Below the pieces are notes generated by a model. That model ran no database searches. It was not told where the DNA came from and worked only from the letters and a program-made list of their open reading frames with translations. Of a DNA stretch of 64,000 nucleotides, positions 30,714-40,890 are shown piece after piece (positions within the stretch are counted from its first letter, which is position 1; every line of letters begins with the position of its first letter). The position numbers were made by a program, and so were the translations under genes. The stretch comes from Candidatus Oxydemutatoraceae bacterium (GTDB lineage Bacteria; Pseudomonadota; Gammaproteobacteria; Poriferisulfidales; Oxydemutatoraceae): contig OZ244717.1 of NCBI GenBank assembly GCA_965218975.1, positions 1,056,001 through 1,120,000 on the forward strand, read 5' to 3'.

Positions 30714-31963
30714 AACGTTCGGAGCTTCTCGAACTGATAACCAGCGGCGAGAACTCCGGAGTAGAGTTCAAGCGGGATGATTTACGTTCGGAGCAACTGG
30801 TGCGGGAGGTGGTGGCGCTCGCCAACTTTCAAGGAGGACGCGTTCTGCTCGGAGTGGAGGACGACGGCGTCATCACCGGCATACAGAGAGACGATCTCGA
30901 ACAGTGGGTGATGGATTCCGTGTTTGGGCGCATGGTGCATCCGGTGATGCTGCCGTTCTACGAGGAAGTTCTTATAGATGATACACGCCGCGTCGCGGTT
31001 GTTACTGTTACGCAAGGCGCTACCAAACCCTATGTCGTTCGGTATCGCGGCAGAGAAGACATCTACATACGGATCGGCAGTACCTCTCGGCTGGCCTCGC
31101 GCGAGCAGCAGGCGCGGCTTTTTGCTTCCGGCGGATTGATTCACACGGAGCTACTGCCCGTTTCCGGCAGTGGCCTGTGCGATTTGAGTCGGGAACGGCT
31201 GGCGGACTACCTCACTGCCATCGTCGGCGATCGGGAAGTGCCGGCGACCGATGAGGCGTGGAACGAGCGGCTTTGCGCGCTGGGATTTATGGTTGAGCGA
31301 AAAGACGGTCCGCCCGCCTGTACGATTGCCGGATTGATCCTGTTCGGTTATCGGCCGCGTCGCCTGTTGCGCCATGCCGGCATCCGTTGGATGTGCTTTG
31401 AGGGTGAGGAGAAAACCTACGATGCCCTTGACGATCAAGTGATTGAAGGGCCGCTTGTCGATTTTTGGCAGGTGCTGTCGGGGGGTCGTGAACTGGTGGA
31501 GAAAGGGCTGATTGAACGCCTTGCCGATGCGATGCGGCCGTTCGTATCCGAGGAGGCTGGCCAAGTAGAAGAGTCTATGCGCCGGGAACGACGCTGGCAC
31601 TATCCGCCGGAAGCGCTGCGCGAAGGCGTTGTCAATGCGCTGACACATCGGGACTGGACACGGTACGAGGAAATTGAGGTGGTTCGTTATGCGGACCGAA
31701 TAGAGATACTCAGCCCTGGCGCGCTGCAAAACGGCATGACGGTTGAAAAGATGATCGCTGGTCAGCGGGTTCCGCGCAATCTGCTCATCTCCGAGACGTT
31801 GCGGGACTACAGCTACTCCGATGCACGTGGCATGGGGGTGCGGCACAAGATCATTCCGTTGATGCGGGCGCACAACGGCGTTGACCCGGAGTTTGAAGCG
31901 ACGGAGGACTACTTGCGGTTGACGCTGCGCCGAGGCTCAGCGCGAAGGCTGAGGGGCGATTGA
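30710..31963 (+). CDS. Schlafen/AlbA_2 domain plus HATPase_c_4 (RecG C-terminal-like) ATP-binding protein
   Basis: GENSGVEFK...VVALANFQGGRVLLGVEDDG; REGVVNALTHRDW; SPGAL; RGMGV. Confidence 0.82.
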   Translation: MKRSELLELITSGENSGVEFKRDDLRSEQLVREVVALANFQGGRVLLGVEDDGVITGIQRDDLEQWVMDSVFGRMVHPVMLPFYEEVLIDDTRRVAVVTVTQGATKPYVVRYRGREDIYIRIGSTSRLASREQQARLFASGGLIHTELLPVSGSGLCDLSRERLADYLTAIVGDREVPATDEAWNERLCALGFMVERKDGPPACTIAGLILFGYRPRRLLRHAGIRWMCFEGEEKTYDALDDQVIEGPLVDFWQVLSGGRELVEKGLIERLADAMRPFVSEEAGQVEESMRRERRWHYPPEALREGVVNALTHRDWTRYEEIEVVRYADRIEILSPGALQNGMTVEKMIAGQRVPRNLLISETLRDYSYSDARGMGVRHKIIPLMRAHNGVDPEFEATEDYLRLTLRRGSARRLRGD

Positions 31964-31982
31964 AGTGGATGGGGATTTTGCT

Positions 31983-33121
31983 ATGAGTCGAAAATTCGAT
32001 TTTGAGAATCTCGTGGAGTTGTGTCGGCGAACCCACGAGGAAACACAACGCTCGGCGGCGCGAGCCGTCGACTGCTCACTTGTAGTGCGAAACTATTTGT
32101 GTTTGGCTGGTATATCGTCGAGTATGAACAGCATGGCGCGGATAGGGCGGAATACGGCAGTCAACTCTTGGCCAAGATCGCCAGTCGCCTGCAAAGGATC
32201 GGGATAAAGGGCAGTTCGGTGACCCGTCTGAAGCTCTACCGACGTTTCTACCAGAAGCAGAAGGAAATTGGTCCGACACTGTCGGCCCAATTGGCATCCT
32301 TAGCGTCCGTTGACGGAACTCCTGCAATTCGACCGACAGTGTCAGACGAATCGATTCCCTTGGAAAACACAATTGTTCTGCTCAAAGATCGGTTCTCCCT
32401 CGGCTGGTCCCACTATGTCACCCTTCTGACCATCGACAATCCCGAGGAGCGCCGCTTCTACGAGCTTGAGGCCGCGGGCAACGGTTGGAGTGTGCGCGAG
32501 TTGGAACGGCAGATTGCCAGCTCCCTATACGAGCGGCTCGCACTCAGCCGCGACAAGGAGGAAGTTCGTCGACTTGCCGGCGAGGGACAGGTGGTCGAGA
32601 AAGCATCAGACCTAATCAAGAACCCGCTGGTGCTGGAGTTTCTCGATTTGGCGGAAAAGCCAGCCTATTCCGAGAGCGAACTGGAAACTGCGATCATTAA
32701 CCGGCTTCAGCACTTCTTGCTGGAGTTGGGCAAGGGATTTCTGTTCGAGGCGCGGCAGAAGCGGTTTACTTTCGACAACAGTCATTTCCGCGTAGATCTC
32801 GTTTTCTACAACCGGCTACTGCGCTGCTATGTTCTGATTGACCTCAAACGCGGCGAATTGACCCATCAGGACTTGGGCCAGATGCAGATGTACGTCAACT
32901 ACTTTGACCGCTATGTGAAGACTGACGACGAACTTCCGACCATCGGTATTATGCTCTGTGGCCGCAAGAACGATGCCGTGGTTGAGCTGACGCTACCGGA
33001 AGAAGCCAATATCTACGCATCGAAATACCAGCTCTATCTGCCGTCTAAACAGGAACTTGTAGCCCAACTGGAGAGCATCCAGAGAGAGTTGAACTATCAG
33101 GAAGGCGAGGACGATGAATAG
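31983..33121 (+). pseudogene. YhcG/DUF1016 PD-(D/E)xK nuclease-like protein, frameshifted near codon 40
   Basis: MSRKFDFENL...AARAVDCSLVVRNYL in one frame continues as FGWYIVEYEQ...LGWSHY...LLELGKGF...DLVFYN...LIDLK...GQMQMYVNY in another; extra TG in TTGTGTTT at ~32097-32104. Confidence 0.8.
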
Positions 33122-34379
33122 CGAGCAAGGGACAATGGGCAGTGCCCTTGGAAATAGACGCCGTGTGCTAGCGGAAGAAGTGCCAGTGGGTTACAAGCGG
33201 ACTGAGGTGGGGGTGATTCCGGAAGATTGGATAGTACGGCCTCTCAGTTCATGCCTGAGTTGTGCTCCCGGGTACGGAATCAATGCGGCCGCCGTTCCGT
33301 ATGACGACAGATTGCCGACTTACTTACGAATTACAGACATCAGCGAGGATTGTCGATTTCGGCCTTCTCCACGGGTCTCTGTCAGGAATTCAAGTGTGCC
33401 GATGTTCTTCCTCAGGGAGGGAGATTTAGTTTTTGCCCGTACAGGAGCAAGCGTAGGTAAATCGTACCGCTACAAAAAAAAAGATGGACCGTTGGTTTTT
33501 GCAGGATTCCTTATCCGTATAAGCCCAGATCCTGAGAAGCTTGAACCAGCCTTTTTGGCATACTGCGTTCAGTCAGGACGTTATTGGGAATGGGTCGCAA
33601 CTATGTCGATCCGAAGCGGTCAACCGGGAATCAATGGACAAGAATACGCTATGTTCCAGATCCCGTTCCCACCCATTTCCGAACAACGCGCCATTGCCGA
33701 GGTCTTGTCGGATGTGGATGGGCTGCTCGCGGCGTTGGAGGCGCTAATCGCCAAGAAGCGGGCCATCAAACAGGCCGCCATGCAGCAACTCCTCACCGGC
33801 AAGACCCGCCTGCCGGGGTTTAGTGGGGAGTGGAAGACGCAGAGCTTGGGCAGTCTTGCGCGGATCAAAACTGGCACACGAAACAATGAAGACAAAGTCC
33901 GGGGCGGTCGGTATCCGTTTTATGTGCGTTCTAATGAAGTCGAACGCATCAACTCCTATTCGTACGACTGCGAGGCCATACTCGTACCAGGAGAGGGACG
34001 AATCGGAGAAATCTTTCACTACGTTAGGGGGCGGTTTGACATACATCAGAGGGTGTATTCAATTTCTCATTTCGTGCCGACCGTCTGCGCCAAGTTTCTT
34101 TACTTATTCATGATGAAGAACTTCGGAGCTTGGGCGCTGCAGAACACCGTCAAAGCCACTGTGGACTCTCTTCGCCTCCCGACCTTTCAGAAATTTGAAA
34201 TGCATATCCCATCGAGTGCTATTGAGCAAATCGCCATTTCCGCTGTCCTCTCGGACATTGAAGCCGACATCGTCGCGCTGGAGCGCCGCCTCGCCAAAAT
34301 CCTAGCCATCAAGCAAGGCATGATGCAGCAACTCCTAACTGGCCAAGTCCGGCTGGTCAAATCAAGGGAGGGTCAATGA
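33114..34379 (+). CDS. hsdS: Type I restriction-modification specificity subunit S
   Basis: GYKRTEVGVIPEDW, two TRDs each followed by the conserved EQRAIA...AIKQxxMQQLLTG helix. Confidence 0.95.
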   Translation: MNSEQGTMGSALGNRRRVLAEEVPVGYKRTEVGVIPEDWIVRPLSSCLSCAPGYGINAAAVPYDDRLPTYLRITDISEDCRFRPSPRVSVRNSSVPMFFLREGDLVFARTGASVGKSYRYKKKDGPLVFAGFLIRISPDPEKLEPAFLAYCVQSGRYWEWVATMSIRSGQPGINGQEYAMFQIPFPPISEQRAIAEVLSDVDGLLAALEALIAKKRAIKQAAMQQLLTGKTRLPGFSGEWKTQSLGSLARIKTGTRNNEDKVRGGRYPFYVRSNEVERINSYSYDCEAILVPGEGRIGEIFHYVRGRFDIHQRVYSISHFVPTVCAKFLYLFMMKNFGAWALQNTVKATVDSLRLPTFQKFEMHIPSSAIEQIAISAVLSDIEADIVALERRLAKILAIKQGMMQQLLTGQVRLVKSREGQ

Positions 34380-36967
34380 TGTCTGATGTGCGACAGGAAA
34401 TTCGTAGCTGGCTTCACCAGCAACAGGATTGGCTGCAGCTAGCGGCTGAGAAACTGTTGTCGTTGGGAAGCTTGACCGAAGCCGATATCGAATTCATCGC
34501 CGAGCATCTGAAGACTCCTGCCGGGCAAGAGGTAACTAGCCACCGAAATTTCGACGGCCTGAACGGACCAACTGATTCGGAAGCTGGGCTTTGCCTCATC
34601 GAAATTGGAGAGATTGCGGGAATCGAAAACTTGGTTCCTGGTAGTCCACTCACCTTTGGCGAAGGGAACCTCTCAGTAATCTTTGGAAGCAACGGTTCCG
34701 GCAAATCCGGCTATACGCGTATTCTCAAGAGCGCCTGCGGAAAACCCCAAGCAAAGACGCTGCAGTCAAACGTATTCAAGTCTCCGCCCGAGAAGCAACA
34801 ATGCACGATCAGGTACAGGCTATCAGGAACAGATCGGTCCATTGTGTGGATGGCGAACAACACACCTATCGACGAAATTAGAGCCGTCGATATCTTCGAC
34901 GCAGATGCAGACACCCTATACCTACGCCAAGAAACGGAAGCTTCCTACACCCCACCATCAGTAGCACTGTTCAGGTCATTGGCGACTGTTTGTGATCGGG
35001 TCAAAGCGAGGCTTCAAGAAGAGCAGAATCGTCTTGTCAGCGCGTTGCCCACGCTTCCTCCTGGATTTACAGACACAGTCGTTGCGACCGCCTATGCGTC
35101 TTTGAATCCAGACATCGATAAGGTCACGTTCCAGCTACTTACCGGCTGGACCGAAAATAACCAGAACACCATGGGTCAACTGGAGACACGCCTCCGGACC
35201 GCTGATCCAGCAGCGTTGGCGCAAGAGAAACGAAATACGAAATTTCAACTCGAACAATTCGCAACACAGTTGAGAAATGCGGTAACCGCCGTTAGCCCAG
35301 AACAGTTGGAAACCATTTGCAATGCGCGTACAAAGGCACAGACAAAGCGGCAGATTGCCATAGAGTCGGCCCAAGTAGAATTGGCCCAGCTCGATGGCAT
35401 AGGATCCAACACATGGGAGGCTCTCTGGCGCGCCGCCCGAGAGTACTCGCAATTGGCCTATCCGGGGCAGGATTTTCCGGTGACCGATAACGATGCACGG
35501 TGTGTGTTGTGTCATCAGTTGCTGACCAAGAAAGCGCCGCAACGCCTTCATGATTTCGAGGCGTTTGTACAGGGCAAGGTTGAGGCCGAAGCGCAGGAAG
35601 CTGAACATGCCCACAGGACGATGCTGGACAACCTACCCGGCATAATGAATCAGGAAGACATTCGCACACGATGCGAGGCGGCTGGTTTGACCGAAAACGG
35701 CTGGCCAGAGAGATTTAGGGCTGTGTGGGCAAGGGTCTCAAAGGCGCGCGAGTGTCTCCTGGATGGCGAGTCGAAAGAAAAAGCAGTCGCTGTAGAGGCC
35801 CCGGACGAAATCCTTAGTGAGTTGGCGCGACGCGCCAAGGAAATAGAGTGCAAGGCGAAACAGTATGATGATGACGCGAAGAAGTTTGATCGGAACATGG
35901 TTCAGAGCAAAAACCTGCATCTAGAAGCCCGACGCTGGACGAGTCAACAAGCTGGTGCCATCGAAACTGAGATCAACCGCCAAAAGAAAGTGAAGGCGTA
36001 TGAAGGTTGGAAGAATCTGGCAAACTCATTTGGTATCTCCCGGCAGGCCGGGAAGATCGCTGCGCGTGTCATCACGCAAGCGTATGTCGACCGGTTCAAC
36101 GGGGAACTTGCAAAGCTTGGCGCTTCACAAATCAGGGTCGAGTTAGTTAAGTCACGAACACGGAAGGGGAAAGCACTTCACCGTTTGCGTCTCAAAGATG
36201 TTCAAAGTGGCCGTCAAGACTTTCCGGAAGTGGTTCTGAGCGGAGGGGAACGCCGTATTGTCTCGCTGGCGGCGTTCCTGGCGGATGTCGCAGAAAAACC
36301 CTACGCCGCCCCATTTATCTTCGACGACCCTATTTCTTCTCTGGATCAAGACTTCGAGTGGCTCGTGGCTACGCGGCTTGTGCAGCTTGCAAAAGAACGT
36401 CAGGTTATCGTATTCACGCACAGGCTCTCTCTCTATGGTGCAATGGAGGATGCTGCAAAAAAGGTTGGCGACGTTTGGAGGAACAAACATCTACACCAAC
36501 TCTGCATTGAATCCTTTTCGGGGGTTGCAGGCCACCCGGCAGATGAAGCTGTTTGGAATACCAACACCAAGAAAGCCAACAACATCTTGTTGGATCGCCT
36601 TGGTCAGGCTAGAAACGCTGGCCGATCAGGCGGAGATAGCGAATACAAAGCCCTAGCGCAAGGAATTTGCACGGATTTCCGAAAACTCCTGGAGCGAACG
36701 GTCGAAGATGATCTTTTGAACCAGATCGTAAGACGCCATCGGAAAAGTATCACTACCGACAATCGGCTTGCGTCTCTCGCGCATATCACCCCTAAAGACT
36801 GCAAGTTCATCGATGACTTGATGACCAAGTACTCACGCTACGAACACAGTCAATCATCGGAAACGCCGAGCTTCCTACCCGAGGAGCCTGCACTACGTTC
36901 AGACCTGGAAGCGCTCAAGGACTGGCGCGAGAAATTCAGGAAGCAGTCAAACAAAATCGGCGCATGA
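34376..36967 (+). CDS. ABC/SMC-type AAA ATPase with zinc hook, RloC/PrrC-like putative anticodon nuclease
   Basis: Walker A GSNGSGKSG, coiled coil with central CVLC, LSGGE signature, FIFDDP Walker B, VFTH H-loop, C-terminal DFRKLLE...SRYEH HEPN-like region. It lies directly after hsdS. Confidence 0.65.
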   Translation: MMSDVRQEIRSWLHQQQDWLQLAAEKLLSLGSLTEADIEFIAEHLKTPAGQEVTSHRNFDGLNGPTDSEAGLCLIEIGEIAGIENLVPGSPLTFGEGNLSVIFGSNGSGKSGYTRILKSACGKPQAKTLQSNVFKSPPEKQQCTIRYRLSGTDRSIVWMANNTPIDEIRAVDIFDADADTLYLRQETEASYTPPSVALFRSLATVCDRVKARLQEEQNRLVSALPTLPPGFTDTVVATAYASLNPDIDKVTFQLLTGWTENNQNTMGQLETRLRTADPAALAQEKRNTKFQLEQFATQLRNAVTAVSPEQLETICNARTKAQTKRQIAIESAQVELAQLDGIGSNTWEALWRAAREYSQLAYPGQDFPVTDNDARCVLCHQLLTKKAPQRLHDFEAFVQGKVEAEAQEAEHAHRTMLDNLPGIMNQEDIRTRCEAAGLTENGWPERFRAVWARVSKARECLLDGESKEKAVAVEAPDEILSELARRAKEIECKAKQYDDDAKKFDRNMVQSKNLHLEARRWTSQQAGAIETEINRQKKVKAYEGWKNLANSFGISRQAGKIAARVITQAYVDRFNGELAKLGASQIRVELVKSRTRKGKALHRLRLKDVQSGRQDFPEVVLSGGERRIVSLAAFLADVAEKPYAAPFIFDDPISSLDQDFEWLVATRLVQLAKERQVIVFTHRLSLYGAMEDAAKKVGDVWRNKHLHQLCIESFSGVAGHPADEAVWNTNTKKANNILLDRLGQARNAGRSGGDSEYKALAQGICTDFRKLLERTVEDDLLNQIVRRHRKSITTDNRLASLAHITPKDCKFIDDLMTKYSRYEHSQSSETPSFLPEEPALRSDLEALKDWREKFRKQSNKIGA

Positions 36968-37275
36968 ACGAAGACCAGAACATCGAGTGGAAAACGTCCT
37001 GGCGAGACGAATATTTCAAATGGATTTGTGGATTCGCCAACGCTCAGGGCGGCGTGCTGGAGGTCGGCAAGAACGACAAGGGCGAAGTGGTCGGCGTAAA
37101 GAATGTGTTGCGGCTCCTCGAAGAAATACCCAACAAGGCGCTGGCGCTGCTCGGCATCGTCGTGGACGTGAACCTTAAATCGGAGGATGGCGGAGAGTAC
37201 ATTGAAATCGTGGTTGAACCCCACCCGAATCCCATCAGTTACAAAGGAAGAATTTACTATCGAAGCGGCAGCACC

Positions 37276-37598
37276 AAACAAGTGCTCAAGGGGGCCGCGC
37301 TGAGCCGTTTCCTGCTGAAGAAATATGGAAGAACCTGGGACGATGCGCCCTTGCCGAGCATCCGCCTCAAGGACCTGGACAGGCACGCGCTGAACAGCTT
37401 CCGCCGCCGCGGTGCGGAAACGAAACGCTTGCCAAAGGACATCCTGAAGGAATCCGACGGCGAGGTGATTGAGCGGCTTCAGTTGCGGGAAGCGGATTCG
37501 CTGAAGCGGGCGGCGGTACTCCTGTTTCATCCAAGGCCGCATCGGTTCGTGATGGGAGCTTACGTGAAGATCGGCTATTTCCGGGGTTCTGAACTGCT
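37276..37598. repeat. 323-bp direct repeat (left copy; right copy 39511-39833) flanking IS1634 copy 2
   Basis: AAACAAGTGCTCAAGG...GGTTCTGAACTGCT occurs immediately before and immediately after the IS. Confidence 0.95.
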
Positions 37599-39510
37599 CT
37601 TGACTTCGTAGGTTTTGACCTTTGGGCAAAAAATAAATCCTTTATTATCATAGGGTTACCCGGACGCTGCCGAAAAACCCTATTGTAGTGCCTCCAGGCT
37701 TGTTTTATCTTGGATTTTGGGTTATCATTCGGGTCTATGTACTTGCGTGAAAAATATGATCCCGAACGTGGCCGCACTCGCTTGCAGATCGTGCGCTCCG
37801 TGCGCACTGCCGATGGTCCGCGTCAGCGTGTGGTTCGGCATATCGGCGCTGCCGACAGTCCCGAGCAGCTTGCATCTTTGCGCAAGCTCGGCGAGGTCAC
37901 CTTGGAAGAGCTGCGCCAAGCCGGTACAGCACAACAGTCGCTGTTCACACCGAAGCAGTACGCGGATCTCGCAGCTGAGGCACGGCACGCACCGCGTTTG
38001 GCGCGCTTCGGGGTAGATCTTGCCGAATGCCGTGAGGAGATGCGGCTGATGCTTGGGGTGCGCGAGGCGTTCACGCAGATTTATTCGCACTTGGGTTGGA
38101 ACCAGGTGTTGGGGGCGCGGCGCACAGTAGCGAACCGCATCCTGCGCGAGCTGGTACTGGCGCGTATCGCGCAGCCGCAGAGCAAGCGCGCTACGGTGTG
38201 CGAGCTCGAACGAAGCGGCGTTTCGCTCAATCTCGACCGGGTTTACCAGACTATGGATCACCTTGAGGAGGCGGTGATCGCACGCATCCGGGAACAGTCT
38301 CATCAGGCGGCACAGAAGTTGTATGATCAGCCCCTCAAGGTGTTCTTCTTTGATTGCACGACCCTGTACTTCGAGAGCGAGCAAGAGGACCCGTTGCGCG
38401 CGAAAGGTTATAGTAAGGACGGCAAGCCGCACCGCTGCCAGGTGTTACTGGCACTGATGACGACCTGCGACGGTCTGCCGGTGGACTACGCACTGTTGCC
38501 GGGCAACACCTTTGAGGGCAAAACCTTGATGCAGGCAGTGACAAGTCTGCAACAGAGACATCCGGGTGCTGTATTTACAGTAGTGGCCGATGCGGCGATG
38601 CTGAGCCGTGAGAACCAGACATTCCTGCAGGAGCAGGGCTTGGCCTATGTGCTCGGCTATCGTCTCAAGTCGGCCCCGGCCAAGATCAAGCTGCAGGCCC
38701 TCAGTGCAGCAGACGATCAAGGCTGGCTCAAAACGCAGGACCTGCGTTACCGGATGATTCGCCACGAAGGCCGGCGGATCATAGTCACCTATTCACGCCG
38801 GCGCGCGCGCAAGGATCAAGAAGTTCGGGAACGCATATTGTCACAGTTGCGCCGGAAGTATCAACGCAGCGAGCGCCCGGCAGGTTTCGTGGCGCGCGGC
38901 TATGCCTGTTACTTAAGCTTCCCCGCAAAGGGCCGGGTTAAGATTGATGCGGCCAAGGTGGCCGATGCGGCGCGTTGGGACGGCCTGCGCGCAATCATCG
39001 CACACGGCAACGAGGAGATGGCGCCAAAGGAATTGCTGTCGCAGTACCGTCGGTTGTGGGAAGTAGAACATTGCTTTCGCACTAACAAGCATGACCTTTG
39101 CATCCGCCCGATCTTTCACTGGAAGCCGCGGCGTATCCAGGCGCACATTGCGATCTGCTATATGGCCTTCTGCTGCTTGCAGCAGCTGCGCCGGCGGCTC
39201 AAAGCGCTGGGCTTCCCGATGAGCGCGGAGCGGATCCGGCGCGAGCTCGACACCTTGCAGTTGAGCATCTTGGTACGTACCGACACACAGAAGCGGTATG
39301 CGATGCCGAGCCGCGCGAGCGCAGACGCCAACAGGATCTACCGTAGTGTCGGCCTGAAATGGAACGAAGCTCCGTTCCCGCTTCCCGACAAGTCACGCCC
39401 TGGGGGAAGCTGAGCGCGGAGGGCTACAAACAACACCGTAATGTAGTGCCCTTGAGAATCCTGAAGGCAATAATATCAATCACTTACGAGACAAAACCTA
39501 CGAAGTCAAG
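37599..39510 (+). mobile_element. IS1634-family insertion sequence, copy 2
   Basis: TIRs CTTGACTTCGTAGGTTTTG / CAAAACCTACGAAGTCAAG; closely related to copy 1 but in the opposite orientation. Confidence 0.93.
37737..39413 (+). CDS. IS1634-family transposase (apparently intact)
   Basis: MYLREKYD start as in copy 1; DDE motifs FFDCTT, VVADAAM, WEVEHCFR. Confidence 0.9.
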   Translation: MYLREKYDPERGRTRLQIVRSVRTADGPRQRVVRHIGAADSPEQLASLRKLGEVTLEELRQAGTAQQSLFTPKQYADLAAEARHAPRLARFGVDLAECREEMRLMLGVREAFTQIYSHLGWNQVLGARRTVANRILRELVLARIAQPQSKRATVCELERSGVSLNLDRVYQTMDHLEEAVIARIREQSHQAAQKLYDQPLKVFFFDCTTLYFESEQEDPLRAKGYSKDGKPHRCQVLLALMTTCDGLPVDYALLPGNTFEGKTLMQAVTSLQQRHPGAVFTVVADAAMLSRENQTFLQEQGLAYVLGYRLKSAPAKIKLQALSAADDQGWLKTQDLRYRMIRHEGRRIIVTYSRRRARKDQEVRERILSQLRRKYQRSERPAGFVARGYACYLSFPAKGRVKIDAAKVADAARWDGLRAIIAHGNEEMAPKELLSQYRRLWEVEHCFRTNKHDLCIRPIFHWKPRRIQAHIAICYMAFCCLQQLRRRLKALGFPMSAERIRRELDTLQLSILVRTDTQKRYAMPSRASADANRIYRSVGLKWNEAPFPLPDKSRPGGS

Positions 39511-40890
39511 AAACAAGTGCTCAAGGGGGCCGCGCTGAGCCGTTTCCTGCTGAAGAAATATGGAAGAACCTGGGACGATGCGCCCTTGCCGAGCATCCGC
39601 CTCAAGGACCTGGACAGGCACGCGCTGAACAGCTTCCGCCGCCGCGGTGCGGAAACGAAACGCTTGCCAAAGGACATCCTGAAGGAATCCGACGGCGAGG
39701 TGATTGAGCGGCTTCAGTTGCGGGAAGCGGATTCGCTGAAGCGGGCGGCGGTACTCCTGTTTCATCCAAGGCCGCATCGGTTCGTGATGGGAGCTTACGT
39801 GAAGATCGGCTATTTCCGGGGTTCTGAACTGCTGTATCAGGACGTTGTTGAAGGCAGCTTGTTTTCGCAGGTTGATCGGACAATGGACTTGCTTTATTCC
39901 AAGTACATGCGGGCGTAGATTTCTTACGACGGCGTTTACCGGGTGGAAACCTTCCCGGTGCCGAGCGAAGCCATGCGCGAGGCGGTAATCAACGCCGTCA
40001 TCCACCGGGATTACGCCAGTCCCACCACGATTCAGATTCGTGTATGCGACGACCGCATCATGATGTGGAACGCCGCGCAGTTGCCACCAGAATGGGGCGC
40101 GGTTGGTCTTGACGGGGAGCGGCCGTCCAACCCACACAACTCGCGCATCGCCTACGCGTTCTTCCGGGCCGGGATGATGGAGGCGTGGGGGCGCGGCATT
40201 CGCCGAATTACGGATGTTTGCGCGGAGGCCGGCAACCCCGCGCCCGCGTGGGAATTGGAACCAACCGGTGGACTTTGGGTGAGATTCCCGTTTTCGGCCG
40301 CCTACTGTGAGGCCGATGCCGTTGCAAGCAGGCGCTTTGGCGGCGACACCGGATCGGATGCAAAACGCGAACGGGACGGCTCCGGCGGGATCGATGGTGG
40401 AAAAAGACTTCAGGAAAATCTTGGGGAAGAAACCAAGGAAGAAACTGAAACTATCCAAGAAATCCAAACCACTACCGAAGAAACTATCCAAGAAGCCCTC
40501 CCTACTACCCGAGAAACTACCCAAGAAAGAATCCTGGCCTTACTCCGCGCCGAACCGGAGATCACTCAGCGTATTCTGGCGGAACGTATCGGCATTACGC
40601 GGGCAGGCGTTAAGTACCACATAACTAAATTGCGGGCCTCTGGAACCATCCGGCATGTGGGAGCCACCAAGTCGGGCCGCTGGAAAGTGCTGAAGTAAGC
40701 GCTTTATCGTCGACAAGCACTCCGAGCTGATTGAACTCGCCGAAGACTTGGGTATCCAGACCTTCACCGAAATATTGGATCTGGCGCAGTCCCTGGCAGC
40801 CGACCCGAATTGCTGGTACGAGTACAAGGCGGAGAATCAGGATGTAGGTGAGTCGACCAGAGCGAAGCGCAGGCTCAAATGCACTTGTGT

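Larger units (their letters stand above)
36964..40698 (+). pseudogene. Schlafen/AlbA_2-HATPase_c_4-HTH protein interrupted by IS1634, with an additional internal stop
   Basis: 5' part 36964-37598 (EDQNIEWK...CGFANAQGG); 3' part resumes at 39511. TAG at 39916-39918 where the paralog at 46015 has TTG; C-terminal HTH ends at 40698. Confidence 0.85.

Noticed and set aside
40699-40890. Short coding-like remnant (IELAEDLGIQTFTEILDLAQSLA) after the broken AlbA gene
   Set aside because: Too short to assign and has no clear start; probably a fragment of another lost cassette.
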